Positions 49,521 to 57,999 of a DNA stretch of 64,000 nucleotides are shown piece after piece; position 1 is the first letter of the stretch, and each line of letters begins with the position of its first letter. The position numbers were made by a program, and so were the translations under genes. This DNA is from a virus: IMG/VR virus record IMGVR_UViG_3300035670_000058, positions 50,681-114,680 of that record, one strand, 5' to 3'. The notes under the pieces were generated by a model. That model was not told where the DNA came from. It searched no databases and saw nothing but the letters and a program-made list of their open reading frames with translations.

Positions 49521-50218
49521 CACTTACAATTGGCATTCTTTCATGGGGCGCACATAAGACGCTCATAAATACACTGGAGAGTTATCGAAAGTGGGGACTG
49601 GACAGGTTAGGCGATGAGCGGTTGATTTTCTTCCAGGAAATCTCTGACTATGAAAAACTTTTAGCCAGAGACTATGGGTATAAGGCTATAGGTGCGCCTA
49701 CAAATGTAGGTATTGCCGAAGGCTATAAAGCGCTTGTCGAACATACGACAAGCGATCTTTTTTTATTTCTGGAGAATGATTGGCTGCTGATTGATGATCC
49801 TGCAATTGAAATATTAGATGGACAAATAATACTCTCCTCTGGATTTATTGATGTAGTACGTTATAGAAGTAGAACCCAGCCGGGAAATCCTCTATGGACT
49901 GCCCAGTTTAAAGGGCGGGAATATGATCGTCCTACACACTTGCTAGATGCTACGTACTATCATACACATGAAGAGCTAAAAGCATTCCCAGAATTAAGCT
50001 ATTATGCAGATAGATATAATGGCTGGTGGGTCACTGGTGCACATTATGCCAACTGGACGAACAATCCCACGATGTTTAGAACACAGTTTCTACGCGATCA
50101 TATTGTGGATAAGATGGGATCACGCGACGTAGAGTTAGACCTACAGGCATGGTGGGAGCAGCAGGACTTCGTTGTAGCACAGGGTGAAGGATTATTCACT
50201 CATTGGAGGATAGGATGA
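49517..50218 (+). CDS. GT-A fold glycosyltransferase-like protein
   Basis: NVGIAEG...LFLENDW; WTNNP. Confidence 0.7.
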   Translation: MTLTIGILSWGAHKTLINTLESYRKWGLDRLGDERLIFFQEISDYEKLLARDYGYKAIGAPTNVGIAEGYKALVEHTTSDLFLFLENDWLLIDDPAIEILDGQIILSSGFIDVVRYRSRTQPGNPLWTAQFKGREYDRPTHLLDATYYHTHEELKAFPELSYYADRYNGWWVTGAHYANWTNNPTMFRTQFLRDHIVDKMGSRDVELDLQAWWEQQDFVVAQGEGLFTHWRIG

Positions 50219-51150
50219 GAGTAGGGTTCTTGAACAACCAGATTGATAACAGGGGGACCGGGAACGCTCTCTTTGACTACGCTCACTACAACGAGACTAT
50301 CCTAGGGAACAAGAGTTTTATCTTTGTTCTCAATAGGCAGAATTACGATGAAGCGATGGGCAGTCGATTGACTGAGCGCTTTGGAGCAATTAATTCTATC
50401 TGGGATGTTACACACACAGATTTCAACATTGATGTTCTTTACCATATAAAAAGCGGTGAAGAGGACGGAACCTTCAATATACCGGGTGTTCGATACGTCG
50501 TACACGCAGTATTCCATCCCACACAACCGCATGGTGATCGTTACGCTACCATCAGCCGATGGATGGCTGACCAGTATCATGTTCAGTATGTTCCACATAT
50601 TGTTCATTTAAGTCCACCTGTTCATGACATGAGGCTTCAATACGGGATTCCGAGAGATGCCTTTGTATACGGGCGGCATGGAGGATCGGATACCTTTGAT
50701 GTTTTCTGGGCATGGAAGTCCATTAACAGAGCATTGGAACAGGATAAAAACATATACTTCATGTTTATGAATACTGATAATCCTATAAGGAAGTTATATG
50801 ATCCTAAGAGAGTTATCTTCCTGCCCCCAACAGCAAACAAGCACTACAAATCATCATTTATATGGTCTTGTGATGCGATGCTACATGCACGACTACGCGG
50901 TGAGACTTTCGGAATTGCTGTAGGTGAGTTTGCACTAGCAGGGAAACCTGTGCTAACATATGGAGCAAGCGGGGAGCGCGCTCATATCGAACAGTTGGGA
51001 CCATTAGGATTTACATATTTCTCGCCCGAAGAATTGACTGAATTACTCTTAAAACTACCCAAGATGTCCAAACCAGTTGAGCGCAGTTATTATGATGAGA
51101 ATAGCCCTAAGAAGGTTATGACGAGATTCAAGGAGGTCTTTCTTGACTAA
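50215..51150 (+). CDS. GT-B fold glycosyltransferase (GT4-like)
   Basis: RGTGNALFDYA, CDAMLHARLRGETFGIAVGEFALAGKPV. Confidence 0.8.
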   Translation: MRVGFLNNQIDNRGTGNALFDYAHYNETILGNKSFIFVLNRQNYDEAMGSRLTERFGAINSIWDVTHTDFNIDVLYHIKSGEEDGTFNIPGVRYVVHAVFHPTQPHGDRYATISRWMADQYHVQYVPHIVHLSPPVHDMRLQYGIPRDAFVYGRHGGSDTFDVFWAWKSINRALEQDKNIYFMFMNTDNPIRKLYDPKRVIFLPPTANKHYKSSFIWSCDAMLHARLRGETFGIAVGEFALAGKPVLTYGASGERAHIEQLGPLGFTYFSPEELTELLLKLPKMSKPVERSYYDENSPKKVMTRFKEVFLD

Positions 51151-51331
51151 AGAGAAGACAGTCTCTGTGGCGTTTCGTTCTAAGGAAACCGGGCGCTATC
51201 TGTTCTGGGTCAAGTGGACAGAGAGCAGATGGAATGAGATCGAGGAAGCGGCAAAGGACTCAAACCAAACCGTTGAAGAATTTATCCTAGAGGCGTTGGA
51301 ACGATATGCGCGCTATCACACTGAGAAATAA
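51143..51331 (+). CDS. ribbon-helix-helix-like small protein
   Basis: WNEIEEAAKDSNQTVEEFILEAL. Confidence 0.5.
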   Translation: MTKEKTVSVAFRSKETGRYLFWVKWTESRWNEIEEAAKDSNQTVEEFILEALERYARYHTEK

Positions 51332-51926
51332 ACCTTTTTATATTCACGATAATGAAGATTTGTCTAACGCTATTGAACGAAATGGCGATTACTGGGAGGC
51401 AGATATCCTTGATTGGCTGGCAGTTAATCGGCAGCATCAGGGGCTGATTCTGGATATTGGTGCCAATATTGGCAACCATTCTCATTACTTTGGTAGTTAT
51501 CTCACATATAAAAAATTAGTTGCCTTTGAGCCTGATGATGAGAATTTTGCTCTCCTAGATAAAAATTTAGAGTTTATCAAAGCTTGGCTAGCACCCGTAG
51601 CAGTTTCAAATGTTAAAGGTATAATTGAGCTCCATAAAAATGCAAATAATTGGGGAGCGCATGAAGTACACGATACGCCGGGATACAGAACAGTCAGTAC
51701 GATTCGACTCGATGATGAGGAATGGCCCGATTTAACATTGATGAAGATAGATGTTGAGTGGCATGAACCTCAGGTGCTTGAAGGAGCAAAAGAAACTATT
51801 GCCAAGTGGGAACCTTCAATTCTTATCGAAGATGTAGGTAACGCTTACTGGGAAATCCTAGAGCCTATGGGCTACAGGCTGATGATGTCTTGGGAGCATC
51901 ACAAGACATACTTATGGGAGACATGA
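51306..51926 (+). CDS. FkbM-family methyltransferase
   Basis: LDIGANIGNHS, AFEP, MKIDVE..E..VLEG. Confidence 0.9.
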   Translation: MRAITLRNKPFYIHDNEDLSNAIERNGDYWEADILDWLAVNRQHQGLILDIGANIGNHSHYFGSYLTYKKLVAFEPDDENFALLDKNLEFIKAWLAPVAVSNVKGIIELHKNANNWGAHEVHDTPGYRTVSTIRLDDEEWPDLTLMKIDVEWHEPQVLEGAKETIAKWEPSILIEDVGNAYWEILEPMGYRLMMSWEHHKTYLWET

Positions 51927-52582
51927 TGAGTTATTTTATTGCAGCAGTTTACAACGAAGAGCAAGAGGTTACTGATCTCCTACGTCATGTTGCTCCTCTG
52001 GTGTCAGGCTACAGGATTGTGGATGATGATAGCACTGATAGCACAGTAGAGCAGTTGAGATATTTCTCAGAGTGGGCGCTAAGAGAGGGATTTGATTTTC
52101 AGTATACAACCATCCATCACACGGGGTTACCGGAAACAGTCAAGAACCTAGCCAAAGAGATGGTCCCAGACGGCTCATGGTGCCTCATGCTGGATGCAGA
52201 CGAGCGGTTGAGTGATGATGCCCTCGTAGGAGTAATGGACTTTCTAATAAGTAGAGAACATGAGAATTGGGATTACGTCTATTTCAATCAATACGAGATC
52301 ATTGATGGACAGCACGTAAGAACGTTTCAGAAGGCTAAACTATTCCGCAAGGAAGCAATCAGTTTCCCCCTCCACAATATCCACGCTGATGACCAATTCG
52401 TCGGGAGAGGGACATACAAGGAAGATTGGATAGTATTTCACCGCAAGACCACATACAAGCAGATCAACAGGGAAACTGAGTATCTGGCGACCTACAAGAA
52501 ACTGTTGGAAGATGGTCACATTGATGAAGGTCGATATCGCTGGTTATGCGGACTGCACCATTACATCAAACCACAGGGTTGA
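51923..52582 (+). CDS. glycosyltransferase family 2
   Basis: AVYNEE, VDDDSTDST, LMLDADE. Confidence 0.85.
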   Translation: MMSYFIAAVYNEEQEVTDLLRHVAPLVSGYRIVDDDSTDSTVEQLRYFSEWALREGFDFQYTTIHHTGLPETVKNLAKEMVPDGSWCLMLDADERLSDDALVGVMDFLISREHENWDYVYFNQYEIIDGQHVRTFQKAKLFRKEAISFPLHNIHADDQFVGRGTYKEDWIVFHRKTTYKQINRETEYLATYKKLLEDGHIDEGRYRWLCGLHHYIKPQG

Positions 52583-52606
52583 ACCTACAAGAGCAAAGGG
52601 AGTATA

Positions 52607-53272
52607 ATGAACGTACTTGACAAGGGCTTCGTTGAACTGGTCGATTTTATGGGTGGAGATTTGCGGGTGGTAAACTCCGCGAAGGTTTCCTTCCATAAAG
52701 AATCTGTATCAGTCGGAGAATCTGAAGGGAAGTTGATTGACTATTTGATGAAGCATCGGCATGGAAGCCCGTTTGAGCATTCCTACTTTACCTTTCGTGT
52801 AAAGGCTCCGATCTTCGTAACCAGAGAATGGCAGCGCCATCGTATCGGATCATTCAATGAGATGAGTGGACGATACGTTGAGTTTGATCCTGAGTTTTAT
52901 CTGCCCTCTCTCTGGAGAGTACCAGCAGCAAGCAACAAGCAGGGAAGCGTAGTTGATCCTGCGTTTATGTATAACGATTATGCAACCGAAGTGAATAAAG
53001 AAGCCTCAGATTATGCATACAGGTGCTACAATCAGTTACTCAGGGCTGGTGTAGCAAAAGAAATGGCTCGCATGGTCCTTCCGCTCAGTCTATATACAGA
53101 ATTCTATTGGACCATCAATGCCAGAAGCCTTATGAATTTCCTTAGTTTGCGCACAGGGGCAGACGCACAATGGGAGATTCGGGAATACGCCAACTGTATC
53201 GAATCATTCTTCATGGGTACAATGCCTCTTACACATCGATCTTGGGTAAAGAATGATCGCCTAGCCCCGTAA
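52607..53272 (+). CDS. thyX: flavin-dependent thymidylate synthase
   Basis: HGSPFEH, REWQRHRIGSFNEMSGRY, NARSLMNFLSLR, AQWEIR. Confidence 0.95.
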   Translation: MNVLDKGFVELVDFMGGDLRVVNSAKVSFHKESVSVGESEGKLIDYLMKHRHGSPFEHSYFTFRVKAPIFVTREWQRHRIGSFNEMSGRYVEFDPEFYLPSLWRVPAASNKQGSVVDPAFMYNDYATEVNKEASDYAYRCYNQLLRAGVAKEMARMVLPLSLYTEFYWTINARSLMNFLSLRTGADAQWEIREYANCIESFFMGTMPLTHRSWVKNDRLAP

Positions 53273-53277
53273 TTCAT

Positions 53278-53352
53278 GCCCGATTCGTATAACGGTTAGT
53301 ATAGAAGTTTTACATACTTTTGGCGGGGGTTCGACTCCCTCATCGGGCACCA
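53278..53352 (+). tRNA. tRNA-Val(TAC)
   Basis: GCCCGAT/ATCGGGC, loop TTTACAT, CCA. Confidence 0.85.
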
Positions 53353-53367
53353 GCACTAGGAGGCTAT

Positions 53368-53577
53368 ATGAGGAAACGGATAAGGAGTTGGATAACAAGT
53401 TTGATGACTAGAGCGCCCAGAAGATGGAGAAAGACCCCGTTAGTAAAGCGGGAGATAAGTGCGACTATAGTCTCAATAACTGATCCCCAGCCCCTAGAGA
53501 ATTATAAGATAGCAACTGCGGTTCTTCCTGATTATGAGCATCTAGAGTTATTAGTTAATTCTGATTCCCAGAAGTAA
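53368..53577 (+). CDS. hypothetical protein
   Basis: AGGAGG SD before ATG at 53368. Confidence 0.5.
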   Translation: MRKRIRSWITSLMTRAPRRWRKTPLVKREISATIVSITDPQPLENYKIATAVLPDYEHLELLVNSDSQK

Positions 53578-53584
53578 ATATCGT

Positions 53585-53661
53585 GGCCCCTGAGCCATCC
53601 GGTCGTAGGCATCTGTCTTATAAACAGATATAGGTAGGTTCGACTCCTACAGGGGCTACCA
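53585..53661 (+). tRNA. tRNA-Ile(TAT)
   Basis: GGCCCCT/AGGGGCT, ATCTGT/ACAGAT around CTTATAA, CCA. Confidence 0.8.
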
Positions 53662-53664
53662 TCT

Positions 53665-53739
53665 GCCGACGTAACTCAATGGTAGAGTAGCTGTTTTGTA
53701 AACAGCAGGTTGGAGGTTCAAGTCCTCTCGTCGGCCCCA
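53665..53739 (+). tRNA. tRNA-Thr(TGT)
   Basis: GCCGACG/CGTCGGC, loop TTTGTAA, CCA. Confidence 0.9.
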
Positions 53740-53752
53740 ATTTTATTAGGCT

Positions 53753-53779
53753 AAGAGTCCAAAGATGGACTCTTTTTTT
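53753..53779 (+). terminator. intrinsic terminator
   Basis: AAGAGTCC-aaagat-GGACTCTT followed by a T run. Confidence 0.75.
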
Positions 53780-53853
53780 ATGCCCAAGGAAGTAATTCAA
53801 TACTGAAAGGGAAAGGATCAATTTAGGATAATATATAAAAAGGACGTGATTAA

Positions 53854-54444
53854 ATGCCTGCCACATTTTCTTGGGTGCAATACACAGGTTCCAACGCGGC
53901 TTCAACAACACCGAACGGATCGGGTGTAACTGCAACCTCTTCAAACAACGCAATGTCTTGGGACTTTGAGACTGCTGACAGTACAGGTACTGTAACATAT
54001 ACCGCTAACCCAGTCAGCGCAGGATCGGCTTCGTATCCTGTGTGGATCAAGGGCCAGTGGACAAACTCTGTTGCCTATACAATTTCTAACCTCAAGTTCT
54101 GGCAATTCAATCCTGCCGCTTCGTCTGCTAACACAGCATCGTTTACGATCTTTGGTCAGACACAGAATAGCTATTCAATAGCAAATGCAACAAGCACAGG
54201 CACAGCCTATGCTTCGAATATCTCTGTTCCAACAAGCACTTCGTCCACAGGTTCTCCTGCTTCTCCGATTACTGGCCTTGGCTCTTATGCCACGTCAGGT
54301 GCAGGACAGGGTGTCAACGGCACAGGTGCTTCGGGAACCAACACACCGGGTGGCTGGCTAGCCCTTCAGTTGAGCGCAGCCGCTGCTGCTCCCGCTGGTA
54401 CTACAGGATATTTTGGGTTTACGTTACAATATGACGAGCAGTAA
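53854..54444 (+). CDS. putative virion structural protein (Ser/Thr/Gly-rich, beta-rich)
   Basis: composition, ISNLKFW, C-terminal QYDEQ. Confidence 0.6.
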   Translation: MPATFSWVQYTGSNAASTTPNGSGVTATSSNNAMSWDFETADSTGTVTYTANPVSAGSASYPVWIKGQWTNSVAYTISNLKFWQFNPAASSANTASFTIFGQTQNSYSIANATSTGTAYASNISVPTSTSSTGSPASPITGLGSYATSGAGQGVNGTGASGTNTPGGWLALQLSAAAAAPAGTTGYFGFTLQYDEQ

Positions 54445-54621
54445 TCCGATGGTAGTTAAAAAGATGCCCCCTAAGCCAGTGAAGAAAGATGTGGCTAAGA
54501 GGGGTAAGAAAAACTGTTAATAGCAATGATACCGAACGGTAGCATTTATGCTCTGCTATCGTTCGGTATCTAATTTTGAAACTATAGACTAGGATGCAAC
54601 CTAGTACAGTAAGGAGTTAGA

Positions 54622-55089
54622 ATGTCTGTAAAGATATACAACTCTAAAGAGGAGAGGTTAGCCGCAAGACGTGCTTCTTATCAAATCAATAGAGAGAAAC
54701 GAATTGCTCAAACGCGAGCAAGCCAAATTAAACGTAAAGAACAAGACCCAGATATTGGGTCTAAGCAGTATAAAAGAAGGCTTAAACTTGATCCTCGTTG
54801 GAATCAGCGTATTAGTTTACGAGACTATGGATTAACAATAGAAGAGTATGAAATGCGCTGGGATACTCAAGGTGGAGTATGTAGGATTTGTGGTAATCCT
54901 GAAACAGATACCTTAAACGGTAAACCTAAAAATCTAGCCGTTGATCACGATCCAAAACACAGCAAGAAAGAAATTCGTGATCTTCTATGTGCTACTTGTA
55001 ATCGAGGATTAGGTTTATTTATGGATAATCCACAGTTACTTAAAAACGCAGTAGACTATTTAGAAGAATGGGGTAAAATATATGGGTAG
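54622..55089 (+). CDS. recombination endonuclease VII family protein
   Basis: YGLTIEEY...QGGVCRICG...LAVDHD...RDLLCATCNRGLG. Confidence 0.85.
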   Translation: MSVKIYNSKEERLAARRASYQINREKRIAQTRASQIKRKEQDPDIGSKQYKRRLKLDPRWNQRISLRDYGLTIEEYEMRWDTQGGVCRICGNPETDTLNGKPKNLAVDHDPKHSKKEIRDLLCATCNRGLGLFMDNPQLLKNAVDYLEEWGKIYG

Positions 55090-56647
55090 GGTTCAGGGTG
55101 TGGCCGTGGTCGTCGGAATTCCGTCATTCGGAATGGTGTCCACATATTTCTTGCAGTCTCGGGCTGCAACATCGTTTCCGCTGGTGTCTAGTGCAATAGA
55201 CAAGATCGTGCTTAACAAGCCAATTGCTGAAGCACGGAATGAAATCGTGGAGTTTGCACTATCACAGGGAGCAAATTATATCTATTGGCTAGATGATGAT
55301 GTTATCGCTCCTCCCGACTCCTTCTTGAAGTTATACCGGCATAACAAGGATATCATCAATGGAGTCTATTGGTCTAAGAGCAATCCTCCCATGCCCCTCC
55401 TGTTCAGAGGGCACCTACAAGGCCCATATTGGGACTGGCATGTCGGGGACCTCATCGAAATCGACGCAGCGGGCAACGGTCTTACCCTTGTCAAGACTGA
55501 CGTGTACCGAAAAATGTCAGAAAAACTTGGTGGTCCTTGGTACTCAACTGACTATGTTAGTTTCGCGGGAATGGATGGGCCTTCTGCACCAAACAACACC
55601 GAAGACCTTTATTTCTACTGGAAAGCCAAGTCGCTAGGCTATAAGGTCTGGGCTGATACAAGTGTTCAAGCATACCACTATGAGAAAAATTCTCAGGTGC
55701 TGTATGGAATGCCAGCCAACTCACCACAGGCAAATCCCGCATGGGAAGTGAAGAAGGCTGGAAATAAACTGATTGCAGATATTGGTTCAGGACCAGTAAC
55801 ACCATATATGCGGGATGAGGGTGAGGTTGTTTCATTCGATATTCGGGAAGACATGAAGCCTGATGTTGTATGCGATGTCCGGTATCTTCCAGTACCCGAT
55901 CAGACATTTGATATTGTATTCTCTTCCCATACACTTGAGCATTTTGGCTGGACTTCAGTTGACAAGGTGCTGAAAGAGTGGTCCCGAACCCTAAAGGTTG
56001 GAGGAGAGTTGAGAATTGCAGTACCAAATCTACGCTATGTAGCACAACGATTACTGGATGATATGCTTCTACCGCCTGATTACTGGGTGCTGTATGGGGA
56101 GCAGGATTATCCAAAGAACTTCCATGCCTGTGGATTTACACCCAACACATTGAAGGCTCTTGTAGAATCGATGGGGATTTATGAGGATATCCAGACCAAG
56201 GAAGGTGATCTTAGCGGCCCACCCAGCCCAGACGCTTGGAACCTTCTGCTGAAAGCAACAAAGGTTCGACATCCGAAAACAGAGAATATCACGCCTGAGG
56301 ATATTGATCCTTCACCTCCTACCAACATGTTCTGGCCGGTGAAATTGTATCAGGAATACAATGAGCGGCCAATGAGTACAGAAGAGATTGTACAAGATAA
56401 AGAAAAGCATTTAGAGAAAGAGCAGCCCTCAGAGCCTAGTGCGGTTGAAAAGAAGAAGGAAGTTGTTGAGAATGCCCGTGGTGCATTTGACTTCTCTATA
56501 TTCCATGAGAAGGAAGTGACAATCTCTGGGGATGCCCCTAAGATTGAGACTCCACAGTATAATGTAGAAACAATTATGGACACATTCAATACAATGAATA
56601 CAAAGGAGAAGGACGATGGGCTGGAGAGCAATAACACGAAACTTTGA
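55082..56647 (+). CDS. fused GT2-like glycosyltransferase and class I methyltransferase
   Basis: ARN...YWLDDD...TEDLYF, then DIGSG...FDIVFSSHTLEH...LKVGG. Confidence 0.85.
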   Translation: MGRVQGVAVVVGIPSFGMVSTYFLQSRAATSFPLVSSAIDKIVLNKPIAEARNEIVEFALSQGANYIYWLDDDVIAPPDSFLKLYRHNKDIINGVYWSKSNPPMPLLFRGHLQGPYWDWHVGDLIEIDAAGNGLTLVKTDVYRKMSEKLGGPWYSTDYVSFAGMDGPSAPNNTEDLYFYWKAKSLGYKVWADTSVQAYHYEKNSQVLYGMPANSPQANPAWEVKKAGNKLIADIGSGPVTPYMRDEGEVVSFDIREDMKPDVVCDVRYLPVPDQTFDIVFSSHTLEHFGWTSVDKVLKEWSRTLKVGGELRIAVPNLRYVAQRLLDDMLLPPDYWVLYGEQDYPKNFHACGFTPNTLKALVESMGIYEDIQTKEGDLSGPPSPDAWNLLLKATKVRHPKTENITPEDIDPSPPTNMFWPVKLYQEYNERPMSTEEIVQDKEKHLEKEQPSEPSAVEKKKEVVENARGAFDFSIFHEKEVTISGDAPKIETPQYNVETIMDTFNTMNTKEKDDGLESNNTKL

Positions 56648-57131
56648 GGAACTATCTGAGGAAGTACACGGACGACCAGTACAGGCTGGAGAGGAGGGTA
56701 ACCTCCTCATCATCGCTCAGGAGGACTTTGGTCGTTCTGTTGCTATTGATCTGGTCAATGGTCTTGTTGCTATCGACTATGAGCGTCTAGGCATTCAGAA
56801 CGAATCAGTAGAACTGGTCAATGATAAATTCAGGTTCTTGATTTGTGAGGAAACCAACATTGCTGGTGAATTCCTGAATCTTGAACAACGCTTGGAATAT
56901 CTGCGTGATGAGAATGGACGTAAGATACTTGGGCCGGATGGAAAGTTCCAGCAAGTGCGGAACGATATTCTTACTCCCTTGATCTGGCGACCAATATGGT
57001 TTACACGATGGACAAATGGTGTACCTGTAAAAGTCATTGGCGCACAGACAACGCTACCGGAGTCACAGGGAAACAAGAATGTAAAGAAAATGATCATGAT
57101 CTACCCAGATGGTAGAATAGGAATCGATTAG
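56616..57131 (+). CDS. hypothetical protein
   Basis: 171-aa ORF with SD. Confidence 0.65.
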   Translation: MGWRAITRNFEELSEEVHGRPVQAGEEGNLLIIAQEDFGRSVAIDLVNGLVAIDYERLGIQNESVELVNDKFRFLICEETNIAGEFLNLEQRLEYLRDENGRKILGPDGKFQQVRNDILTPLIWRPIWFTRWTNGVPVKVIGAQTTLPESQGNKNVKKMIMIYPDGRIGID

Positions 57132-57142
57132 GGGGCACATCA

Positions 57143-57532
57143 ATGATAAAACGTGCGCTTGCAATAGCAATGGTAATCATGCTTGCTACTTCAGGGATAG
57201 CAAGTGCGGCTAAAGTACCATCAGGCACTATCGATGGCTACACAGGTTCGCTGGTATACGGGGGAAATATAACTTTCCAGACAACCTATACCAATACTTC
57301 TTGGGCATATATAACAGTTATATGTGAGCAAGATGAAATTATTTATCAATGGAGTGCTTCTCCAGATTTCACATTCCCCTTTATACAACAGGCTGGATTT
57401 GCTGCCTTAGGAAAATTTTGGGACAAGACAAGAAGTGCGGATTGTAGCGCTACTTTGATAAATAGAATAGAGCGTGGAAAAAATATATCTTTAACGTTTC
57501 TCGATACTGTGGAGTTTATAGTAACACCTTAA
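57143..57532 (+). CDS. secreted or signal-peptide protein
   Basis: MIKRALAIAMVIMLATSGIASA signal sequence. Confidence 0.6.
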   Translation: MIKRALAIAMVIMLATSGIASAAKVPSGTIDGYTGSLVYGGNITFQTTYTNTSWAYITVICEQDEIIYQWSASPDFTFPFIQQAGFAALGKFWDKTRSADCSATLINRIERGKNISLTFLDTVEFIVTP

Positions 57533-57672
57533 TAGCAATCTAAGTAATACAATACTTAACTCTAATCCAATAGGGGCGTGGTTCAATTGAAGCTAACGAA
57601 TACCGGAATCTCACAGAAATGTGCGGTTCCGGTATTTTTTTTGCTTTCTTGCCCTTTTTGGGGGTGGGGTAA

Positions 57673-57999
57673 GTGGCTAACACTATACAACAGATAGCAG
57701 CATCTTCTGATGGTCTTGTCACAATAGATGTTGAATATACTTCAACATATAGCATTCGTGCCTTTACTATTACAAATAATGGTGGCGGTACAGTTACTGC
57801 TACCGTGACAAAGTCTTCTACTGGTGGATCATGGTCACTTATTGCCGGCCCCGGCCAAACTGCAAGTGACACACTACCCAATAACCTTGTCACATTCGAA
57901 GATGATGGCACAGGTAATCCTGCCATTCCTTGGGTAACGCTTCTACCATACTGGTATGGAGAGTTTGGGATTTGGCGAGTGGTGGTGACTGTCACATGA
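57673..57999 (+). CDS. small beta-rich virion-associated protein
   Basis: ATGA overlap with the fibre gene. Confidence 0.55.
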   Translation: MANTIQQIAASSDGLVTIDVEYTSTYSIRAFTITNNGGGTVTATVTKSSTGGSWSLIAGPGQTASDTLPNNLVTFEDDGTGNPAIPWVTLLPYWYGEFGIWRVVVTVT

